Shown here piece after piece: positions 27,710 through 38,828 of a stretch of 64,000 nt of DNA. Position 1 is the first letter of the stretch. Every line of letters starts with the position of its first letter. Under the pieces are notes generated by a model. That model worked only from the letters and a program-made list of their open reading frames with translations, did no database searches and had not been told where the DNA came from. Location: assembly GCA_031379665.1 (NCBI GenBank), contig JANNFI010000044.1, forward strand, positions 13,574 to 77,573. The letters are read 5' to 3'. This DNA is from Ignavibacteria bacterium (GTDB lineage Bacteria > Bacteroidota > Ignavibacteria > UBA10030 > SZUA-254). Made by a program: the position numbers and the translations under genes.

Positions 27710-29839
27710 TCAGACGAGGAGAGGGGCGATGACGAGGGAGACGATCGACATCAATTTAATAAGGATGTTCATCGCCGGCGCCGAGGTGTCCTTGAACGGA
27801 TCCCCGACCGTGTCGCCCACCACGGCGGCCCGGTGCGCGTCCGTGCCTTTTCTCTCACCCTCCACTTCGCCCTTTTCGATCGCCTTCTTGGCGTTGTCCC
27901 AGGCCCCGCCCGCGTTGGCCATCATGAGGGCGAGGAGCACCCCGGTGACGGTGGCGCTGGCGAGCATGCCGCCGAGGGCCGCCGGCCCGAGCAGAAACCC
28001 CACCACGACGGGCGCGATCACCGCCGAGAGGCCGGGGAGGATCATTTCGTGGAGTGCGGCCGTGGTCGAGATCTCGACGCAGCGCGCTGCATCCGGCTTC
28101 ACACCGGGCCTGCCCTCGAGCAGCCCCGGGATTTCGCGGAACTGTCTCCGGATTTCCTCCACCATCTTACCGGCCGCCCGCCCGACCGCGGTCATCGTCA
28201 TCGCGGCGATCATGAACGGGAGGATGCCGCCGATGAATAGCCCGATCGCCACCGACGGGTCGGTGATGACGATCTGGAGCGGGATCTCGCCTTCGCTGAG
28301 GAGCTTGGCATATCGCACCCAGACCCCGGTCGGTGTGATCCCGGCAGCTTCCATACCGGCGAGCCTTGAGGCGATCGAGGCCGAAATTTCCTGGGCATAG
28401 GCTGTGAAGAGCGCCAGGGCCGTCAGGGCGGCCGACCCGATCGCGAACCCCTTGCCGATCGCGGCGGTGGTGTTTCCGAGGGCGTCGAGCCCGTCGGTGA
28501 TCTTCCGGACGTCCGGCCCGAGGCCCGACATCTCGGAGATGCCACCCGCGTTATCGGCGATCGGGCCGTACGCATCGACCGACATCGTGATCCCCACGGT
28601 TGCGAGCATTCCGACGGCGGCGATGCCGATCCCGTAGAGCCCGGCGGCCTGATTCGAGACGAAGATGACGAGGCAGATCGCCACCACCGGGAGCGCGGCG
28701 GACTCGAAGCCGATCGCGAGGCCGCTGATGATGTTCGTGGCCGAGCCGGTCTTGCTCGCGGCGCAGATCCGTCGCACCGGGCCCGCCGACGTGTAATATT
28801 CCGTGATGAGACCGATGAGGATCCCGCCGATCGTCCCGAAGCAGATGGCCCAGAAGACGCCGTTGTTGACCTCGTACGCGCGGACCACCCAGAGCGAGAA
28901 CGCCAGGAACACCCCGGCGGCGATAAACGTCGAGTACCGCAGCGCCGCGGCGGGGGAGTAGTCCTTCAGGACTCTCATCGAGGCGATCCCGAGGAACGAG
29001 GCCACCAGCCCGAGCCCCGCGAGCACCAGGGGGAGTGCCAGCAGGAGGGAGCGGACGGCCTCCGTGGAAACGGATGCGGACGCCTTCAGCATCTCGAAGC
29101 CGTCGGGGAGAAGGGTTGCGCCGATGGCGATCGTAGCGACGATCGCTCCGACGTATGATTCGAAGATGTCGGCGCCCATCCCGGCGACGTCGCCGACATT
29201 GTCTCCCACGTTATCGGCGATGACGCCCGGGTTCCTCGGATCGTCCTCCGGTATTCCCGCCTCGACCTTGCCCACGAGGTCCGCGCCGACATCCGCGGCT
29301 TTCGTGTAGATGCCACCGCCCACCCTTGCGAAGAGGGCGATGGAGCTCGCACCCATCGCGAACCCGTTGATGATGCTCGCGCTCTCTGTGTTGCCGAAGA
29401 AATGGAACGTCACCCCGAGTCCGATCAGGCCGAGGCTCGCAACGCTCACACCCATCACGGCCCCCCCGTTGAACGCCGTCAGCAGTGCCTGCCCCTGCCC
29501 GGAAGACCGTGCCGCCTCGGCGGTGCGGACGTTGGCGCTGGTCGCGGCCCGCATCCCGAAGAATCCCGCGAGGACGGAGCAAAGCGCGCCGCCGATGAAC
29601 GCGAATGCCAGCTCGATGCGCAGGAAGACGCCGAGGAGCGCCGCGACGACGAGCACGAAGAAGACGAGGACGGAATATTCCCTCCGGAGGAATGCCATCG
29701 CGCCGACCCTGATCTGGTCGGCGATGTCCCTCATCAGGTCGGTGCCCGAAGGCTGGCGTTCGATGCTAACATAGATGCGGTAGGCCACGAGGAGGCCCAC
29801 GATGCCGAGGTATGGCGTGGATCGGATGAGAAAGTCCAT
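27710..29839 (-). CDS. hppA: Membrane-integral pyrophosphatase, K+-dependent, probably Na+-translocating
   Basis: [59 protein letters not shown]. Confidence 0.95.
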   Translation of the reverse strand: MDFLIRSTPYLGIVGLLVAYRIYVSIERQPSGTDLMRDIADQIRVGAMAFLRREYSVLVFFVLVVAALLGVFLRIELAFAFIGGALCSVLAGFFGMRAATSANVRTAEAARSSGQGQALLTAFNGGAVMGVSVASLGLIGLGVTFHFFGNTESASIINGFAMGASSIALFARVGGGIYTKAADVGADLVGKVEAGIPEDDPRNPGVIADNVGDNVGDVAGMGADIFESYVGAIVATIAIGATLLPDGFEMLKASASVSTEAVRSLLLALPLVLAGLGLVASFLGIASMRVLKDYSPAAALRYSTFIAAGVFLAFSLWVVRAYEVNNGVFWAICFGTIGGILIGLITEYYTSAGPVRRICAASKTGSATNIISGLAIGFESAALPVVAICLVIFVSNQAAGLYGIGIAAVGMLATVGITMSVDAYGPIADNAGGISEMSGLGPDVRKITDGLDALGNTTAAIGKGFAIGSAALTALALFTAYAQEISASIASRLAGMEAAGITPTGVWVRYAKLLSEGEIPLQIVITDPSVAIGLFIGGILPFMIAAMTMTAVGRAAGKMVEEIRRQFREIPGLLEGRPGVKPDAARCVEISTTAALHEMILPGLSAVIAPVVVGFLLGPAALGGMLASATVTGVLLALMMANAGGAWDNAKKAIEKGEVEGERKGTDAHRAAVVGDTVGDPFKDTSAPAMNILIKLMSIVSLVIAPLLV

Positions 29840-29859
29840 GTGGTCGGCGGGAGAGGCGT

Positions 29860-30981
29860 TCAGGAGAGGACTTCTTCGTAGTAGCGGATGTACTCGTGGA
29901 CGACCTTCCGGGATTCGAACTGTTCGATGGCCCTTCTGCGGCTCGCAGAGGCGAAAAGGCGGTATCGCTGATTGTTCGTGAGGAGCTCTATCGCGTATTT
30001 AGCCATCCGTTCGATGTCCCCGATCTCGGCGATGTAGCCCGTCTCGCCGTGGACGATGAGCTCGGGGAGGCCTCCGACGCTCGACGAGACGACCGGCACT
30101 TCGCACGACATCGCCTCGAGGGCCGAGAGGCCGAAGCTCTCCGACTGGCTCGGCATCAGGAAAAGGTCGGAGGCGGAGAGGAGGCAGACCAGCTCGAGCT
30201 GTTTCCCGAGGAACTTGACGTCTTGTGAAACCCCGAGTTCCCTTGCGATCTGCTCGCAGCTCGACCGGTCGGGCCCGTCGCCGACGAGGATCAGCTTCGA
30301 CGGGACCTTTTTTCTGATTTCGGCGAAGATCCTGACGACATCCCCGACCCGCTTCACGGGCCGGAAATTGGAGACGTGGATGATCACCTTCTCGTCGTCG
30401 GCCGCGAGGCTGCGCCGGACGTCCGGCTGGGGAGTCCGTTGGTATTTCTGCGTGTCGATGAAATTTGGGATGACGCGGATGTCCTTGTTGATCGAGTAAT
30501 TGGTTTTCGTCTTCTCCTTGAGGAAATTCGACACCGCGGTGACGCCATCGCTCTTCTCGATGCTGAATTTCATCACGGGGAGAAAACTCGGCTCCAGGCC
30601 TACCAGGGTAATGTCCGTCCCGTGGAGCGTCGTCACAATTTTCAGCTTCGAGGACGCCCCGAGGATTTCCTTGGCCAGGAACGCGCTGGTCGCGTGCGGG
30701 ATGGCGTAATGGGCGTGGATGATGTCGAGCTGCTCGAATTGCGCCACCTCGACGATTTTGCTCGCAAGCGCGGGCGTATAGAGGGGGAAATCGAAGAGGG
30801 GGTAAGTGGAAATCTCGACCTCGTGGTAGTAGATGTTTTCACTATACCCGCCGAGCCGGATCGGCATCGCGTAGCTGATAAAGTGGATTTTATGTCCCTC
30901 TTCAGCCAGGACCTTTCCAAGCTCCGAGGCCACCACCCCGGAACCTCCGTACGTCGGATAACACGAAATTCCTATGTTCAT
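29860..30981 (-). CDS. bshA: N-acetyl-alpha-D-glucosaminyl L-malate synthase (bacillithiol biosynthesis)
   Basis: [58 protein letters not shown]. Confidence 0.95.
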   Translation of the reverse strand: MNIGISCYPTYGGSGVVASELGKVLAEEGHKIHFISYAMPIRLGGYSENIYYHEVEISTYPLFDFPLYTPALASKIVEVAQFEQLDIIHAHYAIPHATSAFLAKEILGASSKLKIVTTLHGTDITLVGLEPSFLPVMKFSIEKSDGVTAVSNFLKEKTKTNYSINKDIRVIPNFIDTQKYQRTPQPDVRRSLAADDEKVIIHVSNFRPVKRVGDVVRIFAEIRKKVPSKLILVGDGPDRSSCEQIARELGVSQDVKFLGKQLELVCLLSASDLFLMPSQSESFGLSALEAMSCEVPVVSSSVGGLPELIVHGETGYIAEIGDIERMAKYAIELLTNNQRYRLFASASRRRAIEQFESRKVVHEYIRYYEEVLS

Positions 30982-31196
30982 CGTGCCAAAAATTACGCAG
31001 TTTTTCTTCAACATCCAACCTCGCGCGTGGAACTACCTTGATTTTCCCGTGGTTCAAGTATAGTAAGGGAAAAAAGTTGGGGAAAATTATCCTAAAGGGT
31101 TGTTTTTTAAGATAAATTCATTATATTGCCGTCCTGATTATCCCTCCTAAATCACGGTATTCCTCAAATTTTCTGGTTTTGAAAGGGTTTTTCAAC

Positions 31197-31394
31197 GTGA
31201 AGCAAAAGGCAAAGGTCATCGGAATCGTCATTACGAGCTGTCCATGTTGCGGAAATCCGATCAATTTCGACAGGCAGATGACTAAGGTCTGCGCGTACTG
31301 CGAAGAAGTTGTCCACATCGATCTCGATAAGGTCGAAGTGAGTCTCCGCGGACCCGTCCAGGAAGGAAAAAAAGTCAGGGTAAGCATGAACTAA
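31197..31394 (+). CDS. Small Cys-rich zinc-ribbon-like protein (65 aa)
   Basis: GTG start, CPCCG...CAYCE; fills the gap upstream of the Fe-S operon. Confidence 0.55.
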   Translation: MKQKAKVIGIVITSCPCCGNPINFDRQMTKVCAYCEEVVHIDLDKVEVSLRGPVQEGKKVRVSMN

Positions 31395-31451
31395 CCCCCG
31401 TTTTCCGGGGTAACACAAAGATTCCGTTTATCGGAATCTTTTTTTGGCCAT

Positions 31452-31476
31452 AAAGCGGACTTAATTGGTCGGATTT
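31452..31476 (+). promoter_or_regulatory. Putative Rrf2/IscR operator
   Basis: AAAGCGGAC-TTAATTG-GTCGGATTT: GAC-N7-GTC imperfect palindrome resembling the IscR type-1 site, 7 bp before the regulator ATG. Confidence 0.6.
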
Positions 31477-31483
31477 CAAGGGA

Positions 31484-31891
31484 ATGTTTCAGCTATCCAA
31501 AAAGATCGAATACGCGCTGATCGCGATGCGCCATATGGCCGTATCGGGAAGCGGGAACATTGTCACAACAAAGGAGATCGCCGACCGCTACAACCTTCCG
31601 TACGACCTGCTGGCAAAGGTGATGCAGACGCTCGCCAGGAAAGAATTCATCTCTTCGTACCAGGGCGTTCGGGGGGGGTACATTTTCCGCCACGATCCCC
31701 GTACGGTCAAGGTGTCAGACATCATCAGCGCGATCGAAGGGAAGCCGAGCCTCTCGATCATCCAATGCGAGTCCGATGATACCAACAACTGCATCATCCA
31801 CTCCACCTGCACCATCAAGACGCCGCTCGTGAAGCTTCAAACCAGCATCAACACGGTCCTCAGGGACATGTCGATCATGGAAATGGTATGA
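31484..31891 (+). CDS. Rrf2 family Fe-S transcriptional regulator (IscR-like)
   Basis: EYALIAM, GVRGGY, IISAIEG, three Cys (C-x7-C-x5-C); heads the Fe-S operon. Confidence 0.92.
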   Translation: MFQLSKKIEYALIAMRHMAVSGSGNIVTTKEIADRYNLPYDLLAKVMQTLARKEFISSYQGVRGGYIFRHDPRTVKVSDIISAIEGKPSLSIIQCESDDTNNCIIHSTCTIKTPLVKLQTSINTVLRDMSIMEMV

Positions 31892-33105
31892 CGGGCAGGT
31901 TCGTCTATATGGACAACCACGCCACCACGCCGGTAGACCCGCGTGTCGTGGATGCGATGATCCCATTTTTTACAGAACATTTCGGTAACGCGGCCAGCCG
32001 GCAGCACCGCGCCGGATGGGTCGCGGGCGAAGCCGTTGAAAAAGCGAGGGCCTCGGTCGCCGGAACGATCGGCGCCCAGTCCCGCGAGATCGTCTTCACC
32101 TCGGGGGCGACGGAGGCCAACAACCTCGCCCTCAAGGGCATGAGCGCGACCATGAGGAACCGTGGAGACCACATTATTACTGTCCGGACGGAGCACCATT
32201 CCGTGCTCGACGTCTGCCACCGTCTCCGCAAGGAGGGCTTCCGGGTCACCTTTTTGGATGTGGACGCCGACGGCCTGGTCAATCCCGGCGACGTCGCGTC
32301 CGCTATCACCGACACGACGATCCTCGTGAGCGTGATGCTCGCGAACAACGAGATCGGGACGCTGCAACCGCTGGCAGAGATCGGCGCGATCTGCAGGTCA
32401 CGCGGCGTGACGTTTCACACCGACGCCACCCAGGCGGTCGGGAAGGTCCCCGTGAACGTCGACGCGCTGCAGGTCGACCTCCTCTCAATGTCGGCCCACA
32501 AGGCGTACGGGCCGAAAGGGGTCGGGTTTCTCTACGTCCGCCGGGGCCCTTCCAGGCCTCTCCCATCCCCACAGGCCGACGGGGGAGGGCAGGAGGGCGG
32601 CCTGCGATCCGGGACGCTGAACGTGCCGGGAATCGTCGGGTGCGCGAAGGCAGTGGAAATTGCGGTCTCCGAAATGGAGGCCGAGGGTTTGCGGCTCTCG
32701 CGGTGGCGCGACGAAATGTTCCGCGCATGGCAGGCCTCTCCGGGGGGCGTGCGGCTGAACGGCCACGCGACCCGCCGGTTGCCGCACAACCTGAACGTCA
32801 GTTTTGCCGGCGTCGAGGATAGCGTTCTGATGATGAGCATGAAGGACGTCGCCGTCTCCTCCGGGTCCGCCTGCAGCAGCTCGAAACCTGAACCGTCTCA
32901 CGTGCTCGCCGCCCTCGGCTTGCGCCGCGAAGAGGCGGGTTCTGCGATCCGGATCGGGCTCGGGCGATTCACCACCGCGGAGGACGTCGAATACACCACC
33001 CGCCGGGTCGCCGAAGAGGTGACGCGGCTGCGCGGCCTGCACGAACGAGGCCGTCGCCCTGAATACGATTCAACGGCACAATCCATTACAACGACACAGA
33101 CATAA
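31888..33105 (+). CDS. iscS: Cysteine desulfurase, group I (IscS)
   Basis: YMDNHATTP, FTSGATEANN, ANNEIG, HTDATQ, SAHK, RSGT, SSGSACSS. Confidence 0.93.
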   Translation: MTGRFVYMDNHATTPVDPRVVDAMIPFFTEHFGNAASRQHRAGWVAGEAVEKARASVAGTIGAQSREIVFTSGATEANNLALKGMSATMRNRGDHIITVRTEHHSVLDVCHRLRKEGFRVTFLDVDADGLVNPGDVASAITDTTILVSVMLANNEIGTLQPLAEIGAICRSRGVTFHTDATQAVGKVPVNVDALQVDLLSMSAHKAYGPKGVGFLYVRRGPSRPLPSPQADGGGQEGGLRSGTLNVPGIVGCAKAVEIAVSEMEAEGLRLSRWRDEMFRAWQASPGGVRLNGHATRRLPHNLNVSFAGVEDSVLMMSMKDVAVSSGSACSSSKPEPSHVLAALGLRREEAGSAIRIGLGRFTTAEDVEYTTRRVAEEVTRLRGLHERGRRPEYDSTAQSITTTQT

Positions 33106-33108
33106 CCG

Positions 33109-33465
33109 ATGAGCGATCCGAAGATTACCCAGGCGCATATCAAAATGAACGGCATCTCGACGGTGGAATTCCTCCTCTTTTTGAGGGGTAAATTCCCCGT
33201 CATCCATAACTCGAATTTCTTTTTCCGCGACCTGGACTACGGCGTGATGTCGTTCCTCCATTCGAAGGGGATGAAGCCGTCGCACACGGATTCCGAGCGG
33301 ACCGCCCGGGCCCTGGCGGAGCGCTTCGTCGTCGAGGGGGTGTTCAAGAAAATCGACCACCAGTCGTGGTGCGTCAACTACCCTCAGTTCGCGCTGCCCC
33401 GGCAGGAGAAGGCCGCGCCCGCGAAGGCGCCCGCTGCGGCGACACCGTCGCCGGCCGTACAATAA
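33109..33465 (+). CDS. Hypothetical protein within the Fe-S operon
   Basis: 118-aa ORF, 3 bp after iscS and 13 bp before sufB, host-like codon usage, Ala/Pro-rich tail. Confidence 0.8.
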   Translation: MSDPKITQAHIKMNGISTVEFLLFLRGKFPVIHNSNFFFRDLDYGVMSFLHSKGMKPSHTDSERTARALAERFVVEGVFKKIDHQSWCVNYPQFALPRQEKAAPAKAPAAATPSPAVQ

Positions 33466-33478
33466 ACCGGACAGGACA

Positions 33479-34924
33479 ATGGCTCCCGAAACCGATACCT
33501 TAGAACATCTCGCCTCGGGCGAGTACAAGTGGGGCTTCGTCACGGCGATCGAGAGCGACTCGATCCCCGCGGGCCTCGACGAGAACGTCGTCCGTCTCAT
33601 CTCTTCCAAGAAGGGGGAACCGGAATGGCTGCTCGACTGGCGGCTCAAGGCCTACCGGCACTGGCGGACGATGGCCGAGCCGGCCTGGCCCAACGTGCAC
33701 TACCCCCCGATCGATTACGAGAAAATAGTCTATTACTCGGCGCCGAAACAGAAGAAAGTACTCAACAGCCTCGACGAGGTCGATCCCGAGATCCTGAAAA
33801 CCTATGAGAAGCTCGGCATCTCACTCACCGAACAGAAGCTCTTCGAGGGTGTCGCCGTGGACGCAGTCTTCGACAGCGTCTCGGTCGCAACCACCTTCAA
33901 GAAAACACTCAGCGAGAAGGGAGTCATTTTCTGTTCCTTCTCCGAGGCGGTCAGGGAACACCCCGACCTCGTCAGGAAATACCTTGGCTCGGTGGTTCCC
34001 TCGACCGACAATTTTTTCGCCGCCCTCAACTCCGCCGTCTTCAGCGACGGCTCCTTCTGTTACATCCCGAAGGGCGTCCGCTGCCCGATGGAACTCTCGA
34101 CCTACTTCCGGATCAACGCCGCCGATACCGGCCAGTTCGAACGGACGCTGATCGTGGCCGAGGAGGGGGCCTACGTCAGCTACCTGGAGGGATGCACCGC
34201 GCCGAAGCGCGACACCAACCAACTGCATGCGGCCGTGGTGGAACTCGTCGCCCTCGACAACGCCCAGGTCAAGTATTCCACCGTCCAGAACTGGTACCCC
34301 GGAGACGCCGAAGGGCGCGGCGGCATTTACAATTTCGTCACCAAAAGGGGCGCGTGCCGCGGGGTGAACTCGAAGATCTCCTGGACGCAGGTTGAGACCG
34401 GATCCGCGATCACGTGGAAGTACCCGAGCGTGATCCTCCAGGGCGACAACTCCGTTGGCGAATTTTATTCCGTCGCCGTAACCAACAACCGTCAGCAGGC
34501 GGACACCGGCACGAAAATGATCCACCTCGGGAAGAACACGAAGAGCACCATCGTGTCGAAGGGCATCTCAGGCGGCTTCGCCAACAATTCATACCGCGGG
34601 CTCGTGAAAATCGCCCGGAAAGCGGAGAACGCCAGGAATTTCTCCCAGTGCGACTCCCTGTTGCTGGGGGACAAGTGCGGGGCCCACACCTTTCCCTATA
34701 TCGAAGTGAAGAACACGAGTTCGAAGGTCGAGCACGAGGCTTCGACGTCGAAGATCGGTGAAGACCAGATTTTTTACTGCAAACAGAGGGGCCTGTCGGC
34801 CGAGGACGCCGTCAACATCATCGTGAACGGGTTCTGTAAGGAGGTCTTCCGGGAACTCCCGATGGAGTTCGCCGTGGAGGCCCAGAAACTCCTTGGCATC
34901 AGCCTGGAAGGCAGCGTGGGCTGA
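33479..34924 (+). CDS. sufB: Fe-S cluster assembly protein SufB
   Basis: [51 protein letters not shown]. Confidence 0.98.
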   Translation: MAPETDTLEHLASGEYKWGFVTAIESDSIPAGLDENVVRLISSKKGEPEWLLDWRLKAYRHWRTMAEPAWPNVHYPPIDYEKIVYYSAPKQKKVLNSLDEVDPEILKTYEKLGISLTEQKLFEGVAVDAVFDSVSVATTFKKTLSEKGVIFCSFSEAVREHPDLVRKYLGSVVPSTDNFFAALNSAVFSDGSFCYIPKGVRCPMELSTYFRINAADTGQFERTLIVAEEGAYVSYLEGCTAPKRDTNQLHAAVVELVALDNAQVKYSTVQNWYPGDAEGRGGIYNFVTKRGACRGVNSKISWTQVETGSAITWKYPSVILQGDNSVGEFYSVAVTNNRQQADTGTKMIHLGKNTKSTIVSKGISGGFANNSYRGLVKIARKAENARNFSQCDSLLLGDKCGAHTFPYIEVKNTSSKVEHEASTSKIGEDQIFYCKQRGLSAEDAVNIIVNGFCKEVFRELPMEFAVEAQKLLGISLEGSVG

Positions 34925-34964
34925 GTGCGCCGCCCTCCCAATCCATCATCGAGAAAGGAACACC

Positions 34965-35723
34965 ATGCTTGAAGTATCGGAGCTCCGCGCGTCGGTCGGG
35001 GGAAATGAAATACTGAAGGGGATCAACCTGAAGGTGGGGCTCGGAGAGGTCCACGCCATCATGGGGCCGAACGGGTCGGGCAAGAGCACCCTCGCCCAGG
35101 TCCTCGCCGGTCGGGAATCGTACGAGGTCACCGGCGGGAGCGTCGCCTACCGGGGGAAGGACCTTCTGGCAATGGCTCCCGAGGAGCGGGCCCGCGAGGG
35201 GGTATTCCTCGCATTCCAGTACCCTGTCGAAATCCCCGGCGTCTCCAACACCTATTTCCTGAAGGCCGCCCTGAATTCGATCCGGAAGCATCGGGGCGAG
35301 GAAGAGCTCGATGCCGCGGATTTTCTTGCGCTCGTGAAGGAGCGGATGAAGTTCGTGGACATCGACGCAGCGCTGTTGAACCGCCCCGTCAACGAGGGCT
35401 TTTCCGGTGGCGAGAAGAAGCGGAACGAAATATTCCAGATGGCCGTGCTCCAGCCTGCCCTCGCGATCCTCGACGAGACTGATTCCGGACTCGACATCGA
35501 CGCGCTCCGCATCGTGGCCGATGGGGTCAACAAACTCCGCGACCCCCTGCGCTCGGTGATCGTCGTGACCCACTACCAGCGCCTCCTGAACTACATCGTG
35601 CCCGATTTCGTGCACGTCCTCGTGGAAGGCAGGATCGTGAAGTCGGGTGACCGGGATCTCGCTCTTCGTCTCGAAGAGAAGGGGTACGACTGGGTCAGGG
35701 AAGAAGCTACGGTCGGGCGATGA
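34965..35723 (+). CDS. sufC: Fe-S cluster assembly ATPase SufC
   Basis: GPNGSGKS, AFQYPVEIPG, GFSGGEKKRNE, DETDSGLDID, THYQRLL. Confidence 0.97.
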   Translation: MLEVSELRASVGGNEILKGINLKVGLGEVHAIMGPNGSGKSTLAQVLAGRESYEVTGGSVAYRGKDLLAMAPEERAREGVFLAFQYPVEIPGVSNTYFLKAALNSIRKHRGEEELDAADFLALVKERMKFVDIDAALLNRPVNEGFSGGEKKRNEIFQMAVLQPALAILDETDSGLDIDALRIVADGVNKLRDPLRSVIVVTHYQRLLNYIVPDFVHVLVEGRIVKSGDRDLALRLEEKGYDWVREEATVGR

Positions 35724-37135
35724 CGCAGCCGCTGAACACAGACATTCGGACCTTGCGACCCGCGGCCGCGACGACGTGGTACGCATCCAACTTCGAGGTG
35801 CTCGAAAAACGACTGAACGGCGAATCCGTTACGACCGTCCACGGTTTGCGCCGCGAGGCGATGGAAAGGTTCACGCGACTCGGCTTTCCCGACGCGCGGA
35901 ACGAAGAATGGAAATTCACCAACGTCGCCCCGTACGTCTCGATCCCCTACAGGCCGGTCCTGGAGCCGCGCGATCCACGCATCTCCAGCGGCGATCTGGC
36001 GAAGATGGTCGTCCGCGGACTGCCCGGATTCCGCCTGGTGTTCATCAACGGGCATTTCGTCCCCGGCTATTCAATTCTCCCGACCGACGGGGATGGGCTT
36101 CACGTGGGGAGCCTGGCGGCGGCGATCGCTTCCGGCGAAGCTGAACTCACCGAAAAACCAGGTACTTCGACCAGGGTCGCGACGCCAGGAGTGCTCGGGT
36201 CGATTTCCGCTGGTGATCCCGAGAACGCCTTCACTGCGCTCAACACCGCCTTCCTCCAGGACGGCCTCTTCCTGAGACTGTCCGCGGGGCACGCCGAGGC
36301 GCTCCCGGTCTATATGCTCTTCTTCTCGACAGAGGACCCGGAGCCGTTCTGCACCCACCCCCGCAACCTGATCGTCGCCGGGGAGGGTTCGAGCGTGTCG
36401 ATCGTCGAGGAATACTTCGGTACGGGTTCGCACCCGTACTTCACCAACTCCGTCACGGAAATCTTCGCGGGTCGGGGCTCGTCCGTCGAGTTCGACCGGC
36501 TCCAGCACGAATCGGAAGGCGCGTTCCACGTCTCGTCGGTCTACGTGCGCCAGGAAGCGGCCAGCCACGTGACGATCAATTCCGTCTCGTACGGCGGCGC
36601 GATGGCGCGGCACAATGTGTCGTCGGTCCTTGACGGGGAGCGCTCGGAATGCACGCTGAACGGCCTCACCCTCACGACCGGCGCCCAACACATCGACAAT
36701 CATACCACGATCGATCACGCGAAGCCGAACTGCTCGAGCCACGAGCTCTACAAGGCGGTGCTGGAGGGTTCCTCGAAAGGGGTCTTCAACGGGAAGATCT
36801 TTGTCCGGCGCGACGCGCAGAAGACGGACGCGAAGCAGACGAACAAATCGCTCCTTCTCTCGGACAACGCCACGATCGACACCAAGCCGCAGCTCGAAAT
36901 TTTCGCCGACGACGTGCGCTGTACCCACGGCGCCACCGTCGGCCAGCTCGACGAGGACCAGGTGTTCTACCTCCGGACCAGGGGGATGGGCCTCGACGAG
37001 GCGAGAGACCTCCTGACCAACGCGTTTGCCAGCGACGTCCTGAACCGGATCCGGCTGGAGCCGCTCCGCGAACACCTCCAGGCGATCCTCCACGTCCGGC
37101 TCTGCAAGGGCAGGATACTTGCCGGGAACCGATGA
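35720..37135 (+). CDS. sufD: Fe-S cluster assembly protein SufD
   Basis: EEWKFT, FTALN, VFNGKI, KTDAKQ, KPQLEIFADDVRCTHGAT. Confidence 0.96.
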   Translation: MTQPLNTDIRTLRPAAATTWYASNFEVLEKRLNGESVTTVHGLRREAMERFTRLGFPDARNEEWKFTNVAPYVSIPYRPVLEPRDPRISSGDLAKMVVRGLPGFRLVFINGHFVPGYSILPTDGDGLHVGSLAAAIASGEAELTEKPGTSTRVATPGVLGSISAGDPENAFTALNTAFLQDGLFLRLSAGHAEALPVYMLFFSTEDPEPFCTHPRNLIVAGEGSSVSIVEEYFGTGSHPYFTNSVTEIFAGRGSSVEFDRLQHESEGAFHVSSVYVRQEAASHVTINSVSYGGAMARHNVSSVLDGERSECTLNGLTLTTGAQHIDNHTTIDHAKPNCSSHELYKAVLEGSSKGVFNGKIFVRRDAQKTDAKQTNKSLLLSDNATIDTKPQLEIFADDVRCTHGATVGQLDEDQVFYLRTRGMGLDEARDLLTNAFASDVLNRIRLEPLREHLQAILHVRLCKGRILAGNR

Positions 37136-38376
37136 CGACGATCGCCGACACCCGCCAATCGTTCGACGTGGCCGCGGCGCGGCGCGATTTCCCGATCCTC
37201 GGGCTCAAGGTCCACGGGGAGGACCTCGTGTACCTCGATAACGCCGCAACGACACAGAAGCCCCGCGCGGTGCTCGACGCCGTCCGCGAGTATTATGAAT
37301 CGAAAAATTCAAACGTTCATCGCGGGGTGCACTACCTGAGCGGCGCGGCGACCGACCTGTACGAGAACGCGAGGGCCCGGGTCCGGATCTTCATCAATGC
37401 CGCCGACACCCGCGAGATCGTCTTCGTTCGGGGAACGACCGAGGCGATCAACCTCGTCTGTCACTCCTGGGGCCGCGCGCACGTCGGGGCGGGCGACGAA
37501 GTCCTCGTCTCGGCGATGGAACATCATTCGAACATCGTCCCCTGGCAAATGCTCTGCCGCGAGAAGGACGCGAGGCTGCGGGTGATCCCGATGGACGACC
37601 GCGGCGATCTGCTCCTCGACGAGTACCGTTCCCTGCTGGGCGACCGGACACGGATCGTCGCTGTCAACCACGTATCCAACGCGCTCGGCACCGTCAACCC
37701 GGTCGGGGAGATCGTCAGGATCGCACACGAGCGGGGGATCCCGGTCCTCATCGACGGGGCGCAGGCGGTCCCGCACCTCGTCGTGGACGTGGCGGCGCTC
37801 GGCTGCGATTTCTATGCGTTCTCCGGGCACAAACTGTACGCACCGATGGGCGTCGGCGTCCTCTATGGGAGGAAGGAGATCCTTGCTGATATGCCCCCGT
37901 TCCAGGGCGGCGGCGACATGATCAAGTCGGTGACGTTCGAGAAGACCGTTTTCAACGACATCCCGTATCTCTTCGAGGCCGGCACGCCGAACGTGGGCGG
38001 GGCGGTGGGACTCGCGGCCGCCATCGGGTATCTCACCGGTTTGGGCATCGATTCCATCCGGCGGCACGAAGAGGAGCTCCTCGCGTACGCCACGTCACGA
38101 CTTTCCGCGGTCGAGGGGTTGAGGATCGTGGGCACCGCCCGACAGAAGGCCGGAGTGATATCCTTCACCCTCGACGACGTCCACCCGCACGACATCGGGA
38201 CGATCCTCGACACCGCCGGGATCGCCGTCAGGACCGGGCATCACTGCGCCCAGCCGGTGATGGAGCGTTTCGGCGTCCTCGCGACCGTCCGCGCGTCGTT
38301 CGGGCTCTACAATACGACCGGGGAGGTCGACGCACTCGTGGCGGGCCTCGGGAAGGTCAGGGAGCTCTTCGGATGA
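37132..38376 (+). CDS. sufS: Cysteine desulfurase, group II (SufS)
   Basis: RRDFPIL, YLDNAATTQKP, NVHRGVH, EHHSNIVPW, FSGHK, RTGHHCAQP. Confidence 0.97.
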   Translation: MTTIADTRQSFDVAAARRDFPILGLKVHGEDLVYLDNAATTQKPRAVLDAVREYYESKNSNVHRGVHYLSGAATDLYENARARVRIFINAADTREIVFVRGTTEAINLVCHSWGRAHVGAGDEVLVSAMEHHSNIVPWQMLCREKDARLRVIPMDDRGDLLLDEYRSLLGDRTRIVAVNHVSNALGTVNPVGEIVRIAHERGIPVLIDGAQAVPHLVVDVAALGCDFYAFSGHKLYAPMGVGVLYGRKEILADMPPFQGGGDMIKSVTFEKTVFNDIPYLFEAGTPNVGGAVGLAAAIGYLTGLGIDSIRRHEEELLAYATSRLSAVEGLRIVGTARQKAGVISFTLDDVHPHDIGTILDTAGIAVRTGHHCAQPVMERFGVLATVRASFGLYNTTGEVDALVAGLGKVRELFG

Positions 38377-38828
38377 ATTCGGAGCTCCGCGACCTCTACC
38401 AGGAGATCATCCTTGACCACAACAAGTCGCCCAGGAATTTCCGGTCGATGCCCGGCGCCGACCGCCGGGTCGAGGCGTTCAACCCGCTCTGCGGGGACCA
38501 TTATACCGTCTACCTCAGGTTGGATGGCGGCGTGATCGCCGACGTCTCCTTCGAGGGTTCCGGCTGTGCGATATCGAAGGCCTCCGCGTCGCTCATGAGC
38601 ACGATGGTCAAAGGCCGCACGAAGGGGGAGGCCGAAAAGTTGTTCGCGATTTTCCACCGTCTCGTCACCGGAGAGACGATGTCAGAGACAGATGCTGACG
38701 CGGTCGGCAAGCTCGCCGCATTCGCTAACGTCTCGGAATTCCCCGCCAGGGTGAAATGCGCGAGCCTTGCCTGGCACACGCTCCACGCCGCCGTCATCGG
38801 CGGTGATAATACGGTATCCACAGAATGA
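38373..38828 (+). CDS. sufU: SufU (NifU-family) sulfur transfer/scaffold protein
   Basis: LYQEIILDH, NPLCGD, GCAISKASAS, RVKCASLAW. Confidence 0.95.
   Translation: MNSELRDLYQEIILDHNKSPRNFRSMPGADRRVEAFNPLCGDHYTVYLRLDGGVIADVSFEGSGCAISKASASLMSTMVKGRTKGEAEKLFAIFHRLVTGETMSETDADAVGKLAAFANVSEFPARVKCASLAWHTLHAAVIGGDNTVSTE

Noticed and set aside
31121-31418. Minus-strand 84-88 aa ORFs in the bshA-Rrf2 gap
   Set aside because: They overlap the better supported plus-strand Cys-motif ORF and show no protein-like features
36136-36200. Short low-complexity stretch in SufD (TEKPGTSTRVATPG) with three CCAGG copies
   Set aside because: In frame, irregularly spaced and far too short for an intein; probably a variable loop
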